Shown here: positions 1 to 10,644 of the stretch, one piece after another
How the letters are laid out: every line of letters begins with the position of its first letter
Position numbering within the stretch: position 1 is the first letter of the stretch
DNA from: Kiritimatiellia bacterium
Lineage (GTDB): Bacteria; Verrucomicrobiota; Kiritimatiellia; RFP12; UBA1067
DNA length: 61,535 nt
Direction: 5' to 3'
Assembly (NCBI GenBank): GCA_046482825.1
Contig: JAWOEI010000109.1
Span: forward strand, 1-61,535
Program-made: the position numbers and the translations under genes
The notes under the pieces: model-generated
Databases searched by the model: none
Told to the model about the DNA's origin: nothing
Seen by the model: only the letters and a program-made list of their open reading frames with translations

Positions 1-340
1 AAAAATTAATACCTATCCCGAATTTTCTTTACGTGACAGCCGCGTAACTTCGCGTTCAAACCTCTTTCTTTTCCCGCGAATCTCCGCCAATCTCTGTTGC
101 GGCAGAAATTTTTTTAACGCTAATCGCTAAAAATTCCTGTCGCTAAGGCTTTTCCAGTAATCTCAAACGTATTAAATTTTAAGTGATTAACGGCCCCGCG
201 CAGCGGGGATAAAATTTAATGCGCCTTTCGCGAAGATTAGTGGGCCAAAAACCTGTAAACAAATTAAAGCCCGTCACTAATTCTTCCCGGATCGGACGGT
301 TGCGCAGCTGTAGGCCGGGTCCCCGACCCGGCGCCCCAAC
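1..340 (+). repeat. Mosaic intergenic element, copy A (structured X module plus Y module ending in a GTAG-headed REP hairpin)
   Basis: Near-identical over ~230 nt to 45283-45606 and 49723-50028. REP 'gcagctgtaggccgggtccccgacccggcgc' lies at 304-334. It carries an extra ~37 nt (about 28-64) relative to the other copies. The left end may be cut by the window edge. Confidence 0.85.
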
Positions 341-390
341 TCCTCTGTGTTAAAATTCTCCGCTTCCTGACATCCTGTTCCCGACTCCGG

Positions 391-1416
391 TTACAAGGGC
401 AGTTCTCCCTGCTGGCTGATGTTTTCACCGGACTGCAATCCCATACGCTGATAGCACAAATGGGTGGCCTGTCTTCCTTTGGGAGTGCGTTGCAGGTATC
501 CCTCCTGAATCAGATAGGGTTCATAAACTTCTTCGATGGTGTCGCGTTCTTCGCCGACAGAGACCGCGATAGTACTGAGGCCGACAGGTCCGCCGTTGAA
601 TTTATGCACTATGGTCTCAAGAATACGCATATCCATTTCGTCAAGGCCTTTGGGGTCTATTTCAAGCAGGGAGAGAGCTTCATCCGCAATCGGGCGGGTG
701 ATATGGTTGTCGGCCCGCACCTGCGCGAAATCGCGGACGCGCCTCAGCAGGTTGTTGGCGATTCGCGGGGTACCGCGTGATCGTGCGGCTATTTCTGATG
801 CGCCTTCCGGTTCTATACTGACATTGAGTTTTGCGGCGGAGCGGTTGATAATACGGGCGAGATCCTCCTGCGGGTAGTAATCCAGACGGTTCACAAGCCC
901 GAAACGGGAACGAAGGGGGGCGGAGATCAGACCGCTGCGTGTTGTGGCACCCACCAGTGTGAAACGCGGCAGTTCAAGCCGCACAGAGCGTGCGTTGGGT
1001 CCCTGGTCAATCATAATGTCTATCACAAAATCCTCCATCGCTGAATACAGATACTCCTCAACGGTACGCTGCATGCGGTGGATTTCGTCGATAAAAATCA
1101 GATCGCCCGGTTCAAGAGAGGTGAGCAGACCTGCCAGATCGCCGGGTTTGTCGATAACCGGCCCGGAGGTTGTTTTGATATGCACGCCCATGGCTTCGCT
1201 GAGAATAAAGGCCAGTGTGGTTTTCCCGAGTCCGGGTGGTCCTGACAGGAGCACATGGTCAAGCGGTTCACCGCGTTGCAATGTCGCCTCGACGGCCAGT
1301 GTAAGGCGTTCCCGCACCTTCTGCTGACCCGTGAAATCCTCAAATCGCGTGGGGCGCAATGTATTGTCGAAAGAGGCATTCCGCTGATTGAATTCTTCTG
1401 TTGTGTGCATGGACAT
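391..1416 (-). CDS. ruvB: Holliday junction branch-migration helicase RuvB
   Basis: 341 aa. Walker A '[11 protein letters not shown]', 'IFIDEIHR', and the typical RuvB N- and C-terminal layout. Confidence 0.95.
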   Translation of the reverse strand: MSMHTTEEFNQRNASFDNTLRPTRFEDFTGQQKVRERLTLAVEATLQRGEPLDHVLLSGPPGLGKTTLAFILSEAMGVHIKTTSGPVIDKPGDLAGLLTSLEPGDLIFIDEIHRMQRTVEEYLYSAMEDFVIDIMIDQGPNARSVRLELPRFTLVGATTRSGLISAPLRSRFGLVNRLDYYPQEDLARIINRSAAKLNVSIEPEGASEIAARSRGTPRIANNLLRRVRDFAQVRADNHITRPIADEALSLLEIDPKGLDEMDMRILETIVHKFNGGPVGLSTIAVSVGEERDTIEEVYEPYLIQEGYLQRTPKGRQATHLCYQRMGLQSGENISQQGELPL

Positions 1417-1563
1417 TCTGAAATGCTCCTCTGTTTGTTACAGCATGCGTTTCATTCAGTTCGGCGTCACATTAACCATATCACCGGTTTATGTGGCTGC
1501 CGGGGTATGACAGGAAAAATTGTGGACTGTACAGACTGTGTACTTCCCGGCCGCCAGCCGCTG

Positions 1564-2343
1564 TTACCAGTGCATACGCATAGGCACGCCTTCGGCATGA
1601 AGTTGCTTTTTGAGTTTTTCAATGGTGGTTTTGCCTGTATGCAGAATGCCGGCAACAATGGCTGCATCGGCGTGGGCTTGATTGAAGGCGTCGCGCAGGT
1701 GGGCTGCGCAGCCAGCTCCGCCGGAAGCCACCACGGGAACAGAAACCGCATCGGCGATAAGACTGGTGATTGTCAGTTCAAATCCGCTGCGTGTGCCGTC
1801 GGCGTCAACAGAATTGACTACAATTTCACCGGCGCCGAGTTCTTCCGCACGTTTGGCCCAGTCAACCGCATCGATACCGGTATGTTCCCGAAACCCGCGG
1901 GTTGTTATTTCATAACCGCTGGGACATTTTTCCGGATTATCGGTTCTGACGGGATCCATTCCCAGAACAATGCACTGAGCTCCGAAAGCGCGGGCACCTT
2001 CGCTGATGATGGACGGATTTTTCACCGCAAGTGAATTCACGGAGATTTTTTCAGCTCCCGCCAGCAGCACACGCGACATATCTTCGACAGTGGAGATTCC
2101 TCCGCCCACTGCAAAGGGGATACGGATGGAACGGGCCACGTCGCGCACCATTTCAATATCGATAGGGCGGCGCTCGGCGGAGGCTGTGATATCATAAACC
2201 ACCAGTTCATCACAACCTTCGTTTGAGTATTTAACAGCCATTTCCACCGGATCACCGAGATCGACGTTGTTTTTGAATTTAACGCCTTTGGTGACGCGTT
2301 TTTTTATGACATCCAGACAGGGAATTATTCTTTTGGTCAGCAT
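1564..2343 (-). CDS. hisF: Imidazole glycerol phosphate synthase, cyclase subunit HisF
   Basis: 259 aa. N-terminus '[12 protein letters not shown]', 'GADKISVNS'-like 'GAEKISVNS', 'ASGGAG'. It starts 4 nt after the hisH stop. Confidence 0.95.
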   Translation of the reverse strand: MLTKRIIPCLDVIKKRVTKGVKFKNNVDLGDPVEMAVKYSNEGCDELVVYDITASAERRPIDIEMVRDVARSIRIPFAVGGGISTVEDMSRVLLAGAEKISVNSLAVKNPSIISEGARAFGAQCIVLGMDPVRTDNPEKCPSGYEITTRGFREHTGIDAVDWAKRAEELGAGEIVVNSVDADGTRSGFELTITSLIADAVSVPVVASGGAGCAAHLRDAFNQAHADAAIVAGILHTGKTTIEKLKKQLHAEGVPMRMHW

Positions 2344-2347
2344 TTGT

Positions 2348-2986
2348 TCAGGGGTTGGGGGTTAGAGGAGCGGGTTTCCAGTCTATAAAGTTTTTCAGCA
2401 TTTTCAGACCGATTGCTCCTGATTTTTCCGGATGAAACTGTGTTGCCGCCACATTGGCGCATCCCACCATGGATGCGAATGTTGTATCCGCATACTGTGT
2501 TGTTCCTATGATGATCGCATCATTTTCCGGTGCGGGATAGTAGCTGTGAACAAAATAGAATTCGCTCCGATTTTCTATGCCGTCCATCAGCGGGTGCGGA
2601 CGTATGCATTCAACCTGATTCCAGCCTATCTGGGGGACTTTGTCGCGTTGATTCTCCGGTTGAAAACGGGGAACATGACCGGGCAGGATTCCCAGTGTCG
2701 GAATGCCGCAATCCTCATCTGAAAAATCGAAAAGAATCTGTGTTCCCAGGCATATTCCAAGGAAGGGGGTTCCTCCGGCTGCGACTTTTTTGATGGGTTC
2801 AATCAGTTGCAGATCGGAAAGGCTGCGCATGGCCGCCCCGGCTGCGCCGACTCCGGGAAAAACCACATGATCCGCTTTCAGTATGGTTTCAGCGTTCTGA
2901 GTAACCTCGACATCGCAGTCAAGCGTCTCAAAGGCCAGTTTTACACTTGTGAGGTTGCCGGCATTGTAATCAACTATTGCAATCAT
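2348..2986 (-). CDS. hisH: Imidazole glycerol phosphate synthase, glutaminase subunit HisH
   Basis: 212 aa. '[14 protein letters not shown]', catalytic 'GICLG', and 'FHPEKS' of class-I amidotransferases. Confidence 0.95.
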   Translation of the reverse strand: MIAIVDYNAGNLTSVKLAFETLDCDVEVTQNAETILKADHVVFPGVGAAGAAMRSLSDLQLIEPIKKVAAGGTPFLGICLGTQILFDFSDEDCGIPTLGILPGHVPRFQPENQRDKVPQIGWNQVECIRPHPLMDGIENRSEFYFVHSYYPAPENDAIIIGTTQYADTTFASMVGCANVAATQFHPEKSGAIGLKMLKNFIDWKPAPLTPNP

Positions 2987-3149
2987 AAATTCAGAGTACA
3001 GATATTGTGGTTAGTAATGCCGTTAATTGTCCTTTAGCAGGCTCTGAAAGTCAATGAGGATTTTATAGTTGTCATTTATATGTGTGAATCGTAGAATAAC
3101 AAATCTTATCCCAGACGAAAAAACATTCGGCAGCGATTGGAGTTGAAAA

Positions 3150-3917
3150 ATGAATTATATTTTATTGTGTCTTCTGAGCGTTCTTCTTTTTGGACTTACG
3201 GGTTGTTTCTCTCTTACCGGTGGTGGCGATTCCGGCCTGCCAGCGGGCTGCGGGAAGATAGACAATGCGGAATCCGGTCCGGTCTGCGGGGAAAGCCGTG
3301 AAGATTCGGTTCATCCCGATTCACGCAACTGGGCACCTCTGTTTGATTATGCCCTGTCAAACGCGGATTTTGAGCGTGGTGTCTGGTATATTGATGAAAG
3401 GGGGCGTTTGACAGCGGCTGAGGATCAGCCGATCTGGACTGAAAGAGAATACGGAAATTTTGTACTGGATTTGGAATACTCCTGTGCGCCGGGTGCCAAC
3501 AGCGGAGTGCTCATCTATGCGACTGATACGGAAAACTGGATTCCGGCCACTGTTGAAATTCAGATTCAGGATGATTTGGATCCTCACTGGGCTGAAGTGC
3601 CGGATACATGGCGTAACGGAGGTCTTTTCGGACACTGCGCACCGAAGGTATTCAATGTCAGGCCTGCGGGCGAATGGAACCGTATGACGATTACCGCCGC
3701 GGGACGGAATATCACAGTTGCCGTCAACGGAGAGATAACCGTGGAGGCGGATCTGTCCGACTGGAAGGATGCGGAAAAAAATCCTGACGGCTCCGAAATA
3801 CCGTCGTGGTTGAGTACACCCTGGGCGGAGCTGCCCGTGAGAGGCAAGATAGGGTTGCAGGGCAGACACGGAAATGCCACAATTTACTTCAGGAATGTAA
3901 GGATAAAAGAGTTGTGA
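3150..3917 (+). CDS. DUF1080 (3-keto-disaccharide hydrolase-like) lipoprotein
   Basis: 255 aa. Lipobox 'LTGC' in the signal peptide. Jelly-roll signature 'NSGVLIY ... EIQIQDD ... GKIGLQGRHGNATIYFRNVRIKEL'. GGAG lies 8 nt before the ATG. Confidence 0.8.
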   Translation: MNYILLCLLSVLLFGLTGCFSLTGGGDSGLPAGCGKIDNAESGPVCGESREDSVHPDSRNWAPLFDYALSNADFERGVWYIDERGRLTAAEDQPIWTEREYGNFVLDLEYSCAPGANSGVLIYATDTENWIPATVEIQIQDDLDPHWAEVPDTWRNGGLFGHCAPKVFNVRPAGEWNRMTITAAGRNITVAVNGEITVEADLSDWKDAEKNPDGSEIPSWLSTPWAELPVRGKIGLQGRHGNATIYFRNVRIKEL

Positions 3918-4068
3918 TTCCGTTTCAGGAGTGTTCCGCAGAAAGCTGGAAGCCGGTTTATTAACAGACAGTCCGCATAAACCCTGCTTGCAGAGACAAG
4001 ACAAACATGTTGGTATGTTGTGCTGTTAATTTTGCAGGCCCGACGGTATCCCGGATCGGGCCCGGGAT

Positions 4069-4236
4069 TTATTCGTACTGATTTCTTATACTGCCTGGCA
4101 GGGGCATTGTGCCTTCCCAGGATTCCCGCCCTGACCACGGCATATCGGTGTCGTGCGGGCTGTTCTGAATACATCCGGAAAGCATAGCTGCTGCGAGCAG
4201 TAAAAGCAGAACGGCAAGTTTAGAAAAATACGACAT
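4069..4236 (-). CDS. Candidate 55-aa micro-lipoprotein (absent from the ORF track, which lists nothing shorter than 60 aa)
   Basis: My own translation is MSYFSKLAVLLLLLAAAMLSGCIQNSPHDTDMPWSGRESWEGTMPLPGSIRNQYE*. It has a hydrophobic h-region plus lipobox L-S-G-C. Its ATG overlaps the last 17 nt of the upstream coiled-coil gene. A GC hairpin (ggcccga...tcgggcc) follows. Confidence 0.4.
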   Translation of the reverse strand: MSYFSKLAVLLLLLAAAMLSGCIQNSPHDTDMPWSGRESWEGTMPLPGSIRNQYE

Positions 4237-5362
4237 CACCTTTTTCCACCGGTGTCTGTTGCCAGTCGCTCAGGATATCGGCGACAATCAGGTTTTTACC
4301 GCGTACTATCTGACGTAGCTTGATGCGTGTGACAAATTCACCAGCGGCACTCTGGAGGCCGGGACGGCGCACATTCATTTCCAGCTGGGGCAGTCTGGTC
4401 TGGCGGTCAGCTCCGATAAGTTCATCAATGGTATCGTCGGTGAGTTCCAGAATTGCGAACTTCAATTTATCGTTAGCTTCGATAATTTTGCCTTTGTCAC
4501 CGGCACTGGGCAATCCGGCAGATGCTGAGGAAGAACCACTGTCGCCTGTATTAGGCTGGTTTTTCATGCCAGCGTAACGTTTCTTCAGATCTTCATAGGC
4601 ATCGCGAAGTGTTGTAAGATCCTCTTCAATGGCGAGTTTGTCTTCATTGAGAATTTTAACTTCGTTGCGCATATCGGCCAGTTCCGCATTGAGCTCTCTT
4701 TTCTCCCGCAGGAGTTTTGTCATGCGGGTTTTCGCCTCATCCTTTTCCTGCTGAAGAGCGAGCATCTGCTCGTCTTTTTCTTTAAGCTCTTTTTTGCAGG
4801 TGCGTCCATTAGATTTGAGGGTGTTGACCTCTTCAACGGCAAGAGTCATTTTTTCGCGCATGGCGGTCAGTTCACGGCGGGTCTTGTTCAGTTTTGCCTG
4901 CTGGGTTTTTGCGCGGTCGATGACGGTCTCGAGAGCAGCAGTCATTGTACCGGGGCCTTGCATAGCGGGTTTGCCGGTTAGATCATCCATAATGTATTCA
5001 CCGTCGGCGCCGACAGCATACAGACTGCGCAGCTGTTTGCGCATCTTGTTGTTGTCAAGATCCAGATAGGGCAGGTTCTGCTGTTCGAGAGAGATGGGAT
5101 AGCCTTCAAGCATTGGTTGAGTTTCCGGATTGATCAGCTCGCGTGCTGTAACCTCGGAAACGTCTTTTTTCACGGTCGGCGGTGCTGATTCTTCAGCATC
5201 TTCGCTTTCTATTGTTTTTGCCACTTTGACAACGGCATTCTCAAGAACACTGTTGCGCTTTGTGAGCAGTTCCCGCTTCTTGAAAAGCTTATTTGCAAAA
5301 ATCAGCGAGACAACACTCAATATTAGGATTACAATAACCAGTATTCTTAGCACCTTGCCCAT
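4220..5362 (-). CDS. Membrane-anchored coiled-coil protein, function unknown
   Basis: 380 aa. N-terminal TM 'ILVIVILILSVVSLIF'. A long K/E/L-rich heptad-like middle region is followed by a ~90-aa C-terminal globular domain. I recognise no family motif. Confidence 0.6.
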   Translation of the reverse strand: MGKVLRILVIVILILSVVSLIFANKLFKKRELLTKRNSVLENAVVKVAKTIESEDAEESAPPTVKKDVSEVTARELINPETQPMLEGYPISLEQQNLPYLDLDNNKMRKQLRSLYAVGADGEYIMDDLTGKPAMQGPGTMTAALETVIDRAKTQQAKLNKTRRELTAMREKMTLAVEEVNTLKSNGRTCKKELKEKDEQMLALQQEKDEAKTRMTKLLREKRELNAELADMRNEVKILNEDKLAIEEDLTTLRDAYEDLKKRYAGMKNQPNTGDSGSSSASAGLPSAGDKGKIIEANDKLKFAILELTDDTIDELIGADRQTRLPQLEMNVRRPGLQSAAGEFVTRIKLRQIVRGKNLIVADILSDWQQTPVEKGDVVFF

Positions 5363-5548
5363 GTCAATACCTCTGAATTAATTCCTGTAAATTAGATTTA
5401 ACAACGTCTCTGAATTTACATCAAAAAGGATGTCACTGCAACTACAATTTCAGAAATATCCAGTTTTTTACAAAACCTCCTGAAAGCGGGATAAGCAGTA
5501 CATGAATACATCTGTATACACTTTTTTCAAAAAACAATTGATTTGAAA

Positions 5549-5577
5549 TTGACCTATTGTGCCTGTTAGAGTATAAA
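5549..5577 (+). promoter_or_regulatory. Sigma70-like promoter candidate, possibly giving a leaderless mRNA
   Basis: TTGACC (5549-5554), a 17-nt spacer, then TATAAA (5572-5577). The -10 box ends 7 nt before the ATG at 5585, and no SD is present. Confidence 0.3.
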
Positions 5578-5584
5578 AAAGAAC

Positions 5585-8500
5585 ATGAAAGATATCAGAT
5601 ACCAGAAATTGCTGTCTCTATGTACAGTAGTGCTTATTTCTATCTTCCTTGTAAGTCAGGGGATGGCTCAGGCCGAGAGTATGGATCCCGAACTTAAAAC
5701 CGAGCTTACATATATAAAGAAGCTTCAGCAGATGCGCATGCCGGATATCGCAGAGGCTGTTATAGAGGAGACAAGAAAAAAATTTCCCGAAGCGTCCGCC
5801 CAGTTAAAGGTGCAGGAAATACAGGGCCTGCTCTGGCAGGGCAAGTGGGATGAGGTTCAGAAGATTATCGATGGTATCAAAGACAAAAACAGTGCTGAGT
5901 ACTGGGCGCTTGTTCTTTCGAAGGCCGATGCACTGTATGCCTTTCAGAAATATGAGGAGGCGGATAAGCTTTATAAACGGTTTTTCACGAAGGTGGCCAA
6001 ACCCACTCCTGAACTGGCTTCTTTCTATCGCGACTCCGCCTACAAATATGCCCAGATGCTGCTTTATCTCGGCAAGGAGTCGGAAGCCCTCGATGCATAC
6101 AGGCGGCTGGTGAACAATCCCAAGATTAAACTGGAAGAGGGGCAGGCACGCAATGTTTATGCCGAAATGGCTGAACTGATGCTGAAATTAGTTCCTGAAA
6201 CAAAGGACAAGAAGGAAAAAACGGCTATGCTCAAAGAAGCTGAGGGCATTGTCGATAAACTTCTGTGGAAACAGGATGTCTGGTTCGGCAAGGCGATAGT
6301 GATGAAAGCTCATATAGCTGTGTTTCGTAATGATATCGCCGGGGCGCAGGAGCTGGTTGAAAACTACCTGCCGCAGTTGAAGATCATTCATGATTCTCTC
6401 CTTAAAGAGGACCCTGACGGTTCCCGGGGTTGGTTGCGCATGAGTCCTATGCCTCAGTGCCGTTACCTTCTGGCCAAGCTTTTGCTTGATGAGGCCAAAG
6501 CCGAGATGAAGAAAGATAATCCCGATGAAGAGCTTATTAAATCGTTGTTTCTCGGTGAGCGAGATCCCGAAACCAAGAAGCGCAAAGGAAACGGAGCGCT
6601 GAATCATTTTCTCAACGTGTTTCTGCGTTTTCCCGAAAGTAAATGGGCTGCTGCTGCCGGGGCAGGATCAGAAGAGGTCCGCAACATCATTGAAGAGCGT
6701 TACGGTGTTTCTGTTGGTGTTACGGTGACTCCCGAGAGAATGGCTAAAGTGCGCGAGATGCAGTTTAAGAATGCGAATGTGCTCTTCAGTCGGAACCAGT
6801 ACAAGAAAGCTATCGACAGTTACCTGCAGGTGCTCAACCAGTTCCCGGAATCGAGGGAGTCTGTAAAGTCTCTTTACAATCTGGTGGTGTGTTACCTGGA
6901 TACAGCCGCGAAAAACCCTGAAGATCAGCGGATGGCCGATATGATCACCGCGCATCTTTCAGAGAGATTCTGCAAAAAAGAGGATCTGATGAAACTGGCT
7001 GGCGACAAGGTGCGGCAGATCGGTGATCTTTACGGTGAGATGAAGCGTGCCGATAAAAGAAGTGAAGTCTATGCGATGTTCTTCCGCGATTATCCTGATC
7101 ATTATGCGGCCAGCCAGCTTATCATGAGTTTTGCGGATCGCGCGTACAAAAACGAAAACTACCCCGGCGCCATGAATTATTACCAACGTATCGTCAATGA
7201 ATATCCGGGTTCGCCTTATTACATCGATGCTCTGAACCGCATCACACGGATTCACAAGGCAAAGAATAATGTGACAAACGAGATGTCGTCTCTCGAATTT
7301 CTGATCGGGGAGCTGGAAAAAACCGATAGACCCGGGCACAATCTTCCCGTTGCAGTGTTCCGTTTGGCTGAAACCCGGCGTGAATATGGCAGTTCGTTGA
7401 TGAAAAAAGCGGCTGCATCCACCAATGATACTGTTGAAGCTGTGCAGAAGACAGGCATGATGAATCTCATCAGGGCGGCTAAAGGTTTCGACAGGGTTTT
7501 TTCCATGCTGAAAGGCGACGGCGCCGCAGCATATCAGCGTAATGCCGATGAGACTCAGCGTAACGCTGAAATTTGTGAAATGGCTGCATTCACAAAGGGT
7601 ATTGCTCTGGCTCAACTGCAGTATCCCAAAAATAAGATAGAAACCTTCCGCAAACTTTCAATCAACGCTTTTGAAGATTATCTCAAGGCCTATCCGGATG
7701 GCAAATATGCGCCGCGTTCGCAACTGCAGATCGGCACCCTGTACACCATAATGACAGGTGCGGCCGAGGATGAAGCGGCCAAGGCGGAATATACCCGAAA
7801 AGCTCAGGAAGCCTTTGAAAAGCTGAGCAAAAAATATCTGGGTTCCGAGGAGGCCAGAAACTCCGTGCCTATGCTGGCGGATGCCCTGATGGATATGGGC
7901 CTGCGCGGTGAGGCTGTTGCGAAATATCGTGAGATGTTCACCGTTGACGGCAGCTATAATGCCAGTCAGTACATGAAAGCGGCTGATGCGTTGTTGGCCT
8001 CAAAGGAATATCCCCTGGCTCTGCAGGGCTACAACAAGGTTCTGGATGATGCCAAGGAGCTTTCTGTGAAAGCCGCGGCTCTGATAGGCAAGGCCAGGGC
8101 CTCTCTCGGGCAGAAGAAGTATGCCGTCGCACGTAAGATACTTGAGGATTTTGTGAATGACGAAAAGCTGTCCAGACTGACTCTGGTTGTTGAAGCCAAT
8201 ATGCTTCTGGTTGAAGCAGCCAGCGAAATGGGCAAAACAGAGGCGGATGATGACCTGCGCAAGGATCTTTTCAACCAGGCAATTGATGCGCTCAAGGTGG
8301 TTAAAGGACATCGCAAGGAGAAGGCTGAGATTGCGGAGATTGATCTGGCAACAGGCGATGTTCTCGTCCGGAAGATGAAGGCGGAGGAGAAACTCGGACT
8401 CAAAGAGCAGATGGTTGAGTCGCGGGGCAAGGCAATTGTAGCTTATATGTCTCTTATCGATCGCATTGATCCCGGAGATGCCGAGCTGACACCTTACCTG

Positions 8501-8656
8501 GAAAAAGCATATCATGAGTTTGTGCCTCTGTTGCTCGAACACGAAGCTTACGAACAGGCAGCCGAGGACTGTCAGACCTATCTGAAGCTTTTCCCTGAGG
8601 GAAAATACAAGACAGATATACAGAACTGGCTTAACCAGGCGCAAATTGAACTTTAG
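5585..8656 (+). CDS. Large tetratricopeptide-repeat (TPR) protein with N-terminal signal/anchor
   Basis: 1023 aa. Hydrophobic N-terminus 'LLSLCTVVLISIFLV'. Repeated A/Y/L-rich helical pairs run throughout ('YKYAQMLLYLGKESEALDAYRRL', 'GAMNYYQRIVNEYPGSPY', and others). Confidence 0.8.
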   Translation: MKDIRYQKLLSLCTVVLISIFLVSQGMAQAESMDPELKTELTYIKKLQQMRMPDIAEAVIEETRKKFPEASAQLKVQEIQGLLWQGKWDEVQKIIDGIKDKNSAEYWALVLSKADALYAFQKYEEADKLYKRFFTKVAKPTPELASFYRDSAYKYAQMLLYLGKESEALDAYRRLVNNPKIKLEEGQARNVYAEMAELMLKLVPETKDKKEKTAMLKEAEGIVDKLLWKQDVWFGKAIVMKAHIAVFRNDIAGAQELVENYLPQLKIIHDSLLKEDPDGSRGWLRMSPMPQCRYLLAKLLLDEAKAEMKKDNPDEELIKSLFLGERDPETKKRKGNGALNHFLNVFLRFPESKWAAAAGAGSEEVRNIIEERYGVSVGVTVTPERMAKVREMQFKNANVLFSRNQYKKAIDSYLQVLNQFPESRESVKSLYNLVVCYLDTAAKNPEDQRMADMITAHLSERFCKKEDLMKLAGDKVRQIGDLYGEMKRADKRSEVYAMFFRDYPDHYAASQLIMSFADRAYKNENYPGAMNYYQRIVNEYPGSPYYIDALNRITRIHKAKNNVTNEMSSLEFLIGELEKTDRPGHNLPVAVFRLAETRREYGSSLMKKAAASTNDTVEAVQKTGMMNLIRAAKGFDRVFSMLKGDGAAAYQRNADETQRNAEICEMAAFTKGIALAQLQYPKNKIETFRKLSINAFEDYLKAYPDGKYAPRSQLQIGTLYTIMTGAAEDEAAKAEYTRKAQEAFEKLSKKYLGSEEARNSVPMLADALMDMGLRGEAVAKYREMFTVDGSYNASQYMKAADALLASKEYPLALQGYNKVLDDAKELSVKAAALIGKARASLGQKKYAVARKILEDFVNDEKLSRLTLVVEANMLLVEAASEMGKTEADDDLRKDLFNQAIDALKVVKGHRKEKAEIAEIDLATGDVLVRKMKAEEKLGLKEQMVESRGKAIVAYMSLIDRIDPGDAELTPYLEKAYHEFVPLLLEHEAYEQAAEDCQTYLKLFPEGKYKTDIQNWLNQAQIEL

Positions 8657-8824
8657 ATGCATTCGGCTCAGCGGGAAGCATGCGTAATCCAGACGGATTG
8701 CGGAGACTGGGCCGTTGCATGGTGAGTTTTTCCCGCCTTCGGGGGGAGCGTATGATTAAGGCCGGGTATTGCTTGCCTGGCGTGCCGACGGAAAAAGTGT
8801 TAAGAAGCAAATAAAGGAACAAGT

Positions 8825-9616
8825 ATGAGAAATGAGATAAAAAGAGTTTTAGCGGTAATGGTTCTGCTGAGTGCGGGATCAGCCCTGGCTCAGGTGAAAG
8901 GCAGGATTATTACCACCGAAGGCCGTCCTATGCCGGGGGAGATCAAGTGGAGTAACCGCGACAAGGCCTATAAAATCAAGGCTAACAATATCGAGGTGTC
9001 AGTTCCTCCGGAAAAGGTTGCGAAACTTGAGATCCCCAAACCGGATGCATTGACTGACGCGGAGGCCCTGATTGAGAAAGGCCGTGGAGCCCAGGCAGTG
9101 AATAAGCTTGAAAGCGTGATCAGCACATACAACAAACTTAACTGGGATGAGGTTGCCACGGGGCTGCTTGCCAAGGCTTATATCGCCGACAACGATGCCG
9201 CGAACGCCATCAGGGCCTGTGAGAAAATCATTGCCGATGATCCTGAAAAAGCTTACATTGGTGAGATGGCTCCTACCTATTGGAAGGCGCTTCTGATAGG
9301 AGACCGTTTGTCTAAACTCTCGGATTATGTTACTAAGGCGGTGAAAAGCGGTGACCGCACCGCTTCGGCATTTGCTCTGATTCTGCGTGGCGACATTATC
9401 CGTAAAGAGGGTGATTCCAAAGAAAGCGCGGCCAAGGCCCTGCGTGATGGATATCTGCGTGTAGTTGTCTTGTATAAATCGGTCAAGGAGGCTCAGCCTG
9501 AAGCGTTATACAAGGCCGCTCAGTGTTTTGATGAACTGGGGCAGTCTTCGCGTGCTGACCAGATGCGTACAACCTTGAAAGGTGAATATGCTTCATCTGA
9601 ATGGGCGGTAAAGTGA
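8825..9616 (+). CDS. Secreted TPR-like helical-repeat protein
   Basis: 263 aa. Signal peptide 'VLAVMVLLSAGSALAQ'. TPR-like helices ('LLAKAYIADNDAANAIRACEKII'). 'aaaggaa' lies upstream of the ATG. Confidence 0.6.
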   Translation: MRNEIKRVLAVMVLLSAGSALAQVKGRIITTEGRPMPGEIKWSNRDKAYKIKANNIEVSVPPEKVAKLEIPKPDALTDAEALIEKGRGAQAVNKLESVISTYNKLNWDEVATGLLAKAYIADNDAANAIRACEKIIADDPEKAYIGEMAPTYWKALLIGDRLSKLSDYVTKAVKSGDRTASAFALILRGDIIRKEGDSKESAAKALRDGYLRVVVLYKSVKEAQPEALYKAAQCFDELGQSSRADQMRTTLKGEYASSEWAVK

Positions 9617-9713
9617 GTCGCGTGTCGGGTAAGTATCAGCGGATGATTCTTTAACTGAATTTTGTTAGTAAACAGCTAACTTTTAACACAAGAGTAATAA
9701 AAAGAGGTCAATA

Positions 9714-10487
9714 ATGAAAAAACTGATTCTGTCAGCAGCAGTATTCGCAGGATTAATGCTTGGAAGTGCGTCGCTTATGGCGCAGGATGCACCGGAAGCC
9801 AAGGGAGAAGGTGCGCTCGTCGCTGATTCCGAGCAGGCTCAGAAACCGCAACAGGCGGGGTTCTTCGCGGTTATCGTCAATTCCGGCTGGCTGGGCATGC
9901 TTCTATGGGGAGCACTCTTCGGCTGCGGAGCTGCGGCTGTATATTTTATCGTGGACTGCTCCGTGCTTATCCGTCCGCAGAAGGTTATGCCCGAGACGCT
10001 GATCAACAAAGTCAAAGAGGGAATGTCCGAAGGCGATGTAATGAAAGCACTGCAGGCATGTGAATCAGAACCCGGACCTCTGGCTAATATTCTGACTGCC
10101 GGTTTTTCTCATGTTGAAGAGGGATTTGATATCATTCAGGAGTCGGTCGGGGCTGCGGCGGATCTGGAAACGGAACGTCTGATGCAGCGTCTGACCTGGA
10201 TTTCCGTCTGCTCCAACCTTTCGCCTATGCTTGGTCTGCTGGGTACCGTGCAGGGCATGATCATGTCTTTCCAGACGCTGGCTACAGGTGCTCCTGATAT
10301 CGGAGCTCTTGCTATGAATATTTCTCAGGCTCTGTGGACAACCGCTACGGGTCTGGCTGTGGCTATTCCCGCAATCGCATTTTATTACAGCATCCGCAAC
10401 AATGCCAATCGGCTCATTCTGCGTATGCAGGCCATGACCATGGAACTGATCAAGGATCTGCGCAATGTCGAAGTTGTCAGCGAGTGA
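9714..10487 (+). CDS. exbB: MotA/TolQ/ExbB proton-channel protein
   Basis: 257 aa. 'LSPMLGLLGTVQGMI' and 'ALWTTATGLAVAIPAIAFYY' are canonical ExbB/TolQ TM2-TM3 motifs. Confidence 0.9.
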   Translation: MKKLILSAAVFAGLMLGSASLMAQDAPEAKGEGALVADSEQAQKPQQAGFFAVIVNSGWLGMLLWGALFGCGAAAVYFIVDCSVLIRPQKVMPETLINKVKEGMSEGDVMKALQACESEPGPLANILTAGFSHVEEGFDIIQESVGAAADLETERLMQRLTWISVCSNLSPMLGLLGTVQGMIMSFQTLATGAPDIGALAMNISQALWTTATGLAVAIPAIAFYYSIRNNANRLILRMQAMTMELIKDLRNVEVVSE

Positions 10488-10644
10488 TTGCGGTTGAGTT
10501 GACGGAGCCCCTTAACCCTGGTTTCAGCGAACAATCTGCGGAATGCCGGTGGAATACTGGCTGGCAGCGCGGTTGTGACTTTTATACCGTGTTTTCGCGA
10601 AGAAAAAAACTTTAACCGCCTCCGGGTGGACGAGGAACCGGACT

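Noticed and set aside
1564-2986. hisH directly followed by hisF, with no hisA between them and no other his genes nearby.
   Set aside because: Dispersed his genes and hisH-hisF adjacency occur in many lineages. The two products form one heterodimeric enzyme, so this is ordinary.
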